In this document: positions 61,999-62,166 of the stretch, piece after piece | Position numbering within the stretch: the stretch's first letter is position 1 | Layout: each line of letters starts with the position of its first letter | NCBI GenBank assembly: GCA_045656645.1 | Contig: JAZORN010000060.1 | Coordinates: forward strand, 1-62,166 | DNA from: Clostridia bacterium | GTDB taxonomy: Bacteria > Bacillota > Clostridia > UMGS1883 | DNA length: 62,166 nt | Direction of reading: 5' to 3' | The notes under the pieces: generated by a model | What the model was told of the DNA's origin: nothing | The model's input: the letters and a program-made list of their open reading frames with translations, nothing else | Databases searched by the model: none | Position numbers and translations under genes: made by a program

Positions 61999-62166
61999 TA
62001 AAGACTGACACAGGTCAGCCTTTCGAAAAAGGGGATGTAAAAAAAGTCCAGACCGCAAAAAGGCGATAAAGATACGAAATTCAGGTGGTTTATAGTTTGT
62101 AAAACATCTGAATTTGGTTGAAAAATCTTATTTCATTCGATTTTTCTTAGTTTATAAGCCTTTTTG

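Overview
Core-chromosome window of a low-GC, spore-forming Clostridia-like bacterium (lineage inferred from spoIID, spoIIQ-like, spoIIM and SipL-like genes, AddAB and a T-box). It carries housekeeping genes: asd-dapA-dapB, ffh-rpsP-khpA, rpsB-tsf, five tRNAs, three M42 peptidases, murD, hpr, azlCD, rimM-trmD, ileS, addBA, citrate synthase, glnS, adhE, prmC, GSIII glnA, xerD, tsaEB, nrdR and groESL. I see no transposase, prophage or CRISPR array. The unusual content is non-coding, in several families of highly structured interspersed elements. (1) A 277-bp, TA-targeting, Y-shaped element occurs in two subfamilies with unrelated terminal repeats but the same length and motif positions; two copies flank a XerD with substituted catalytic residues. 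(2) A ~680-bp multi-hairpin element has a deleted copy inside the ileS leader. (3) A ~142-bp covarying four-hairpin element follows stop codons. There is also a candidate anti-Shine-Dalgarno sRNA next to hpr, an Ile T-box with a degenerate UGGN bulge, and an inverted pseudo-tRNA behind tRNA-Lys. All alignments and folds were done by eye.
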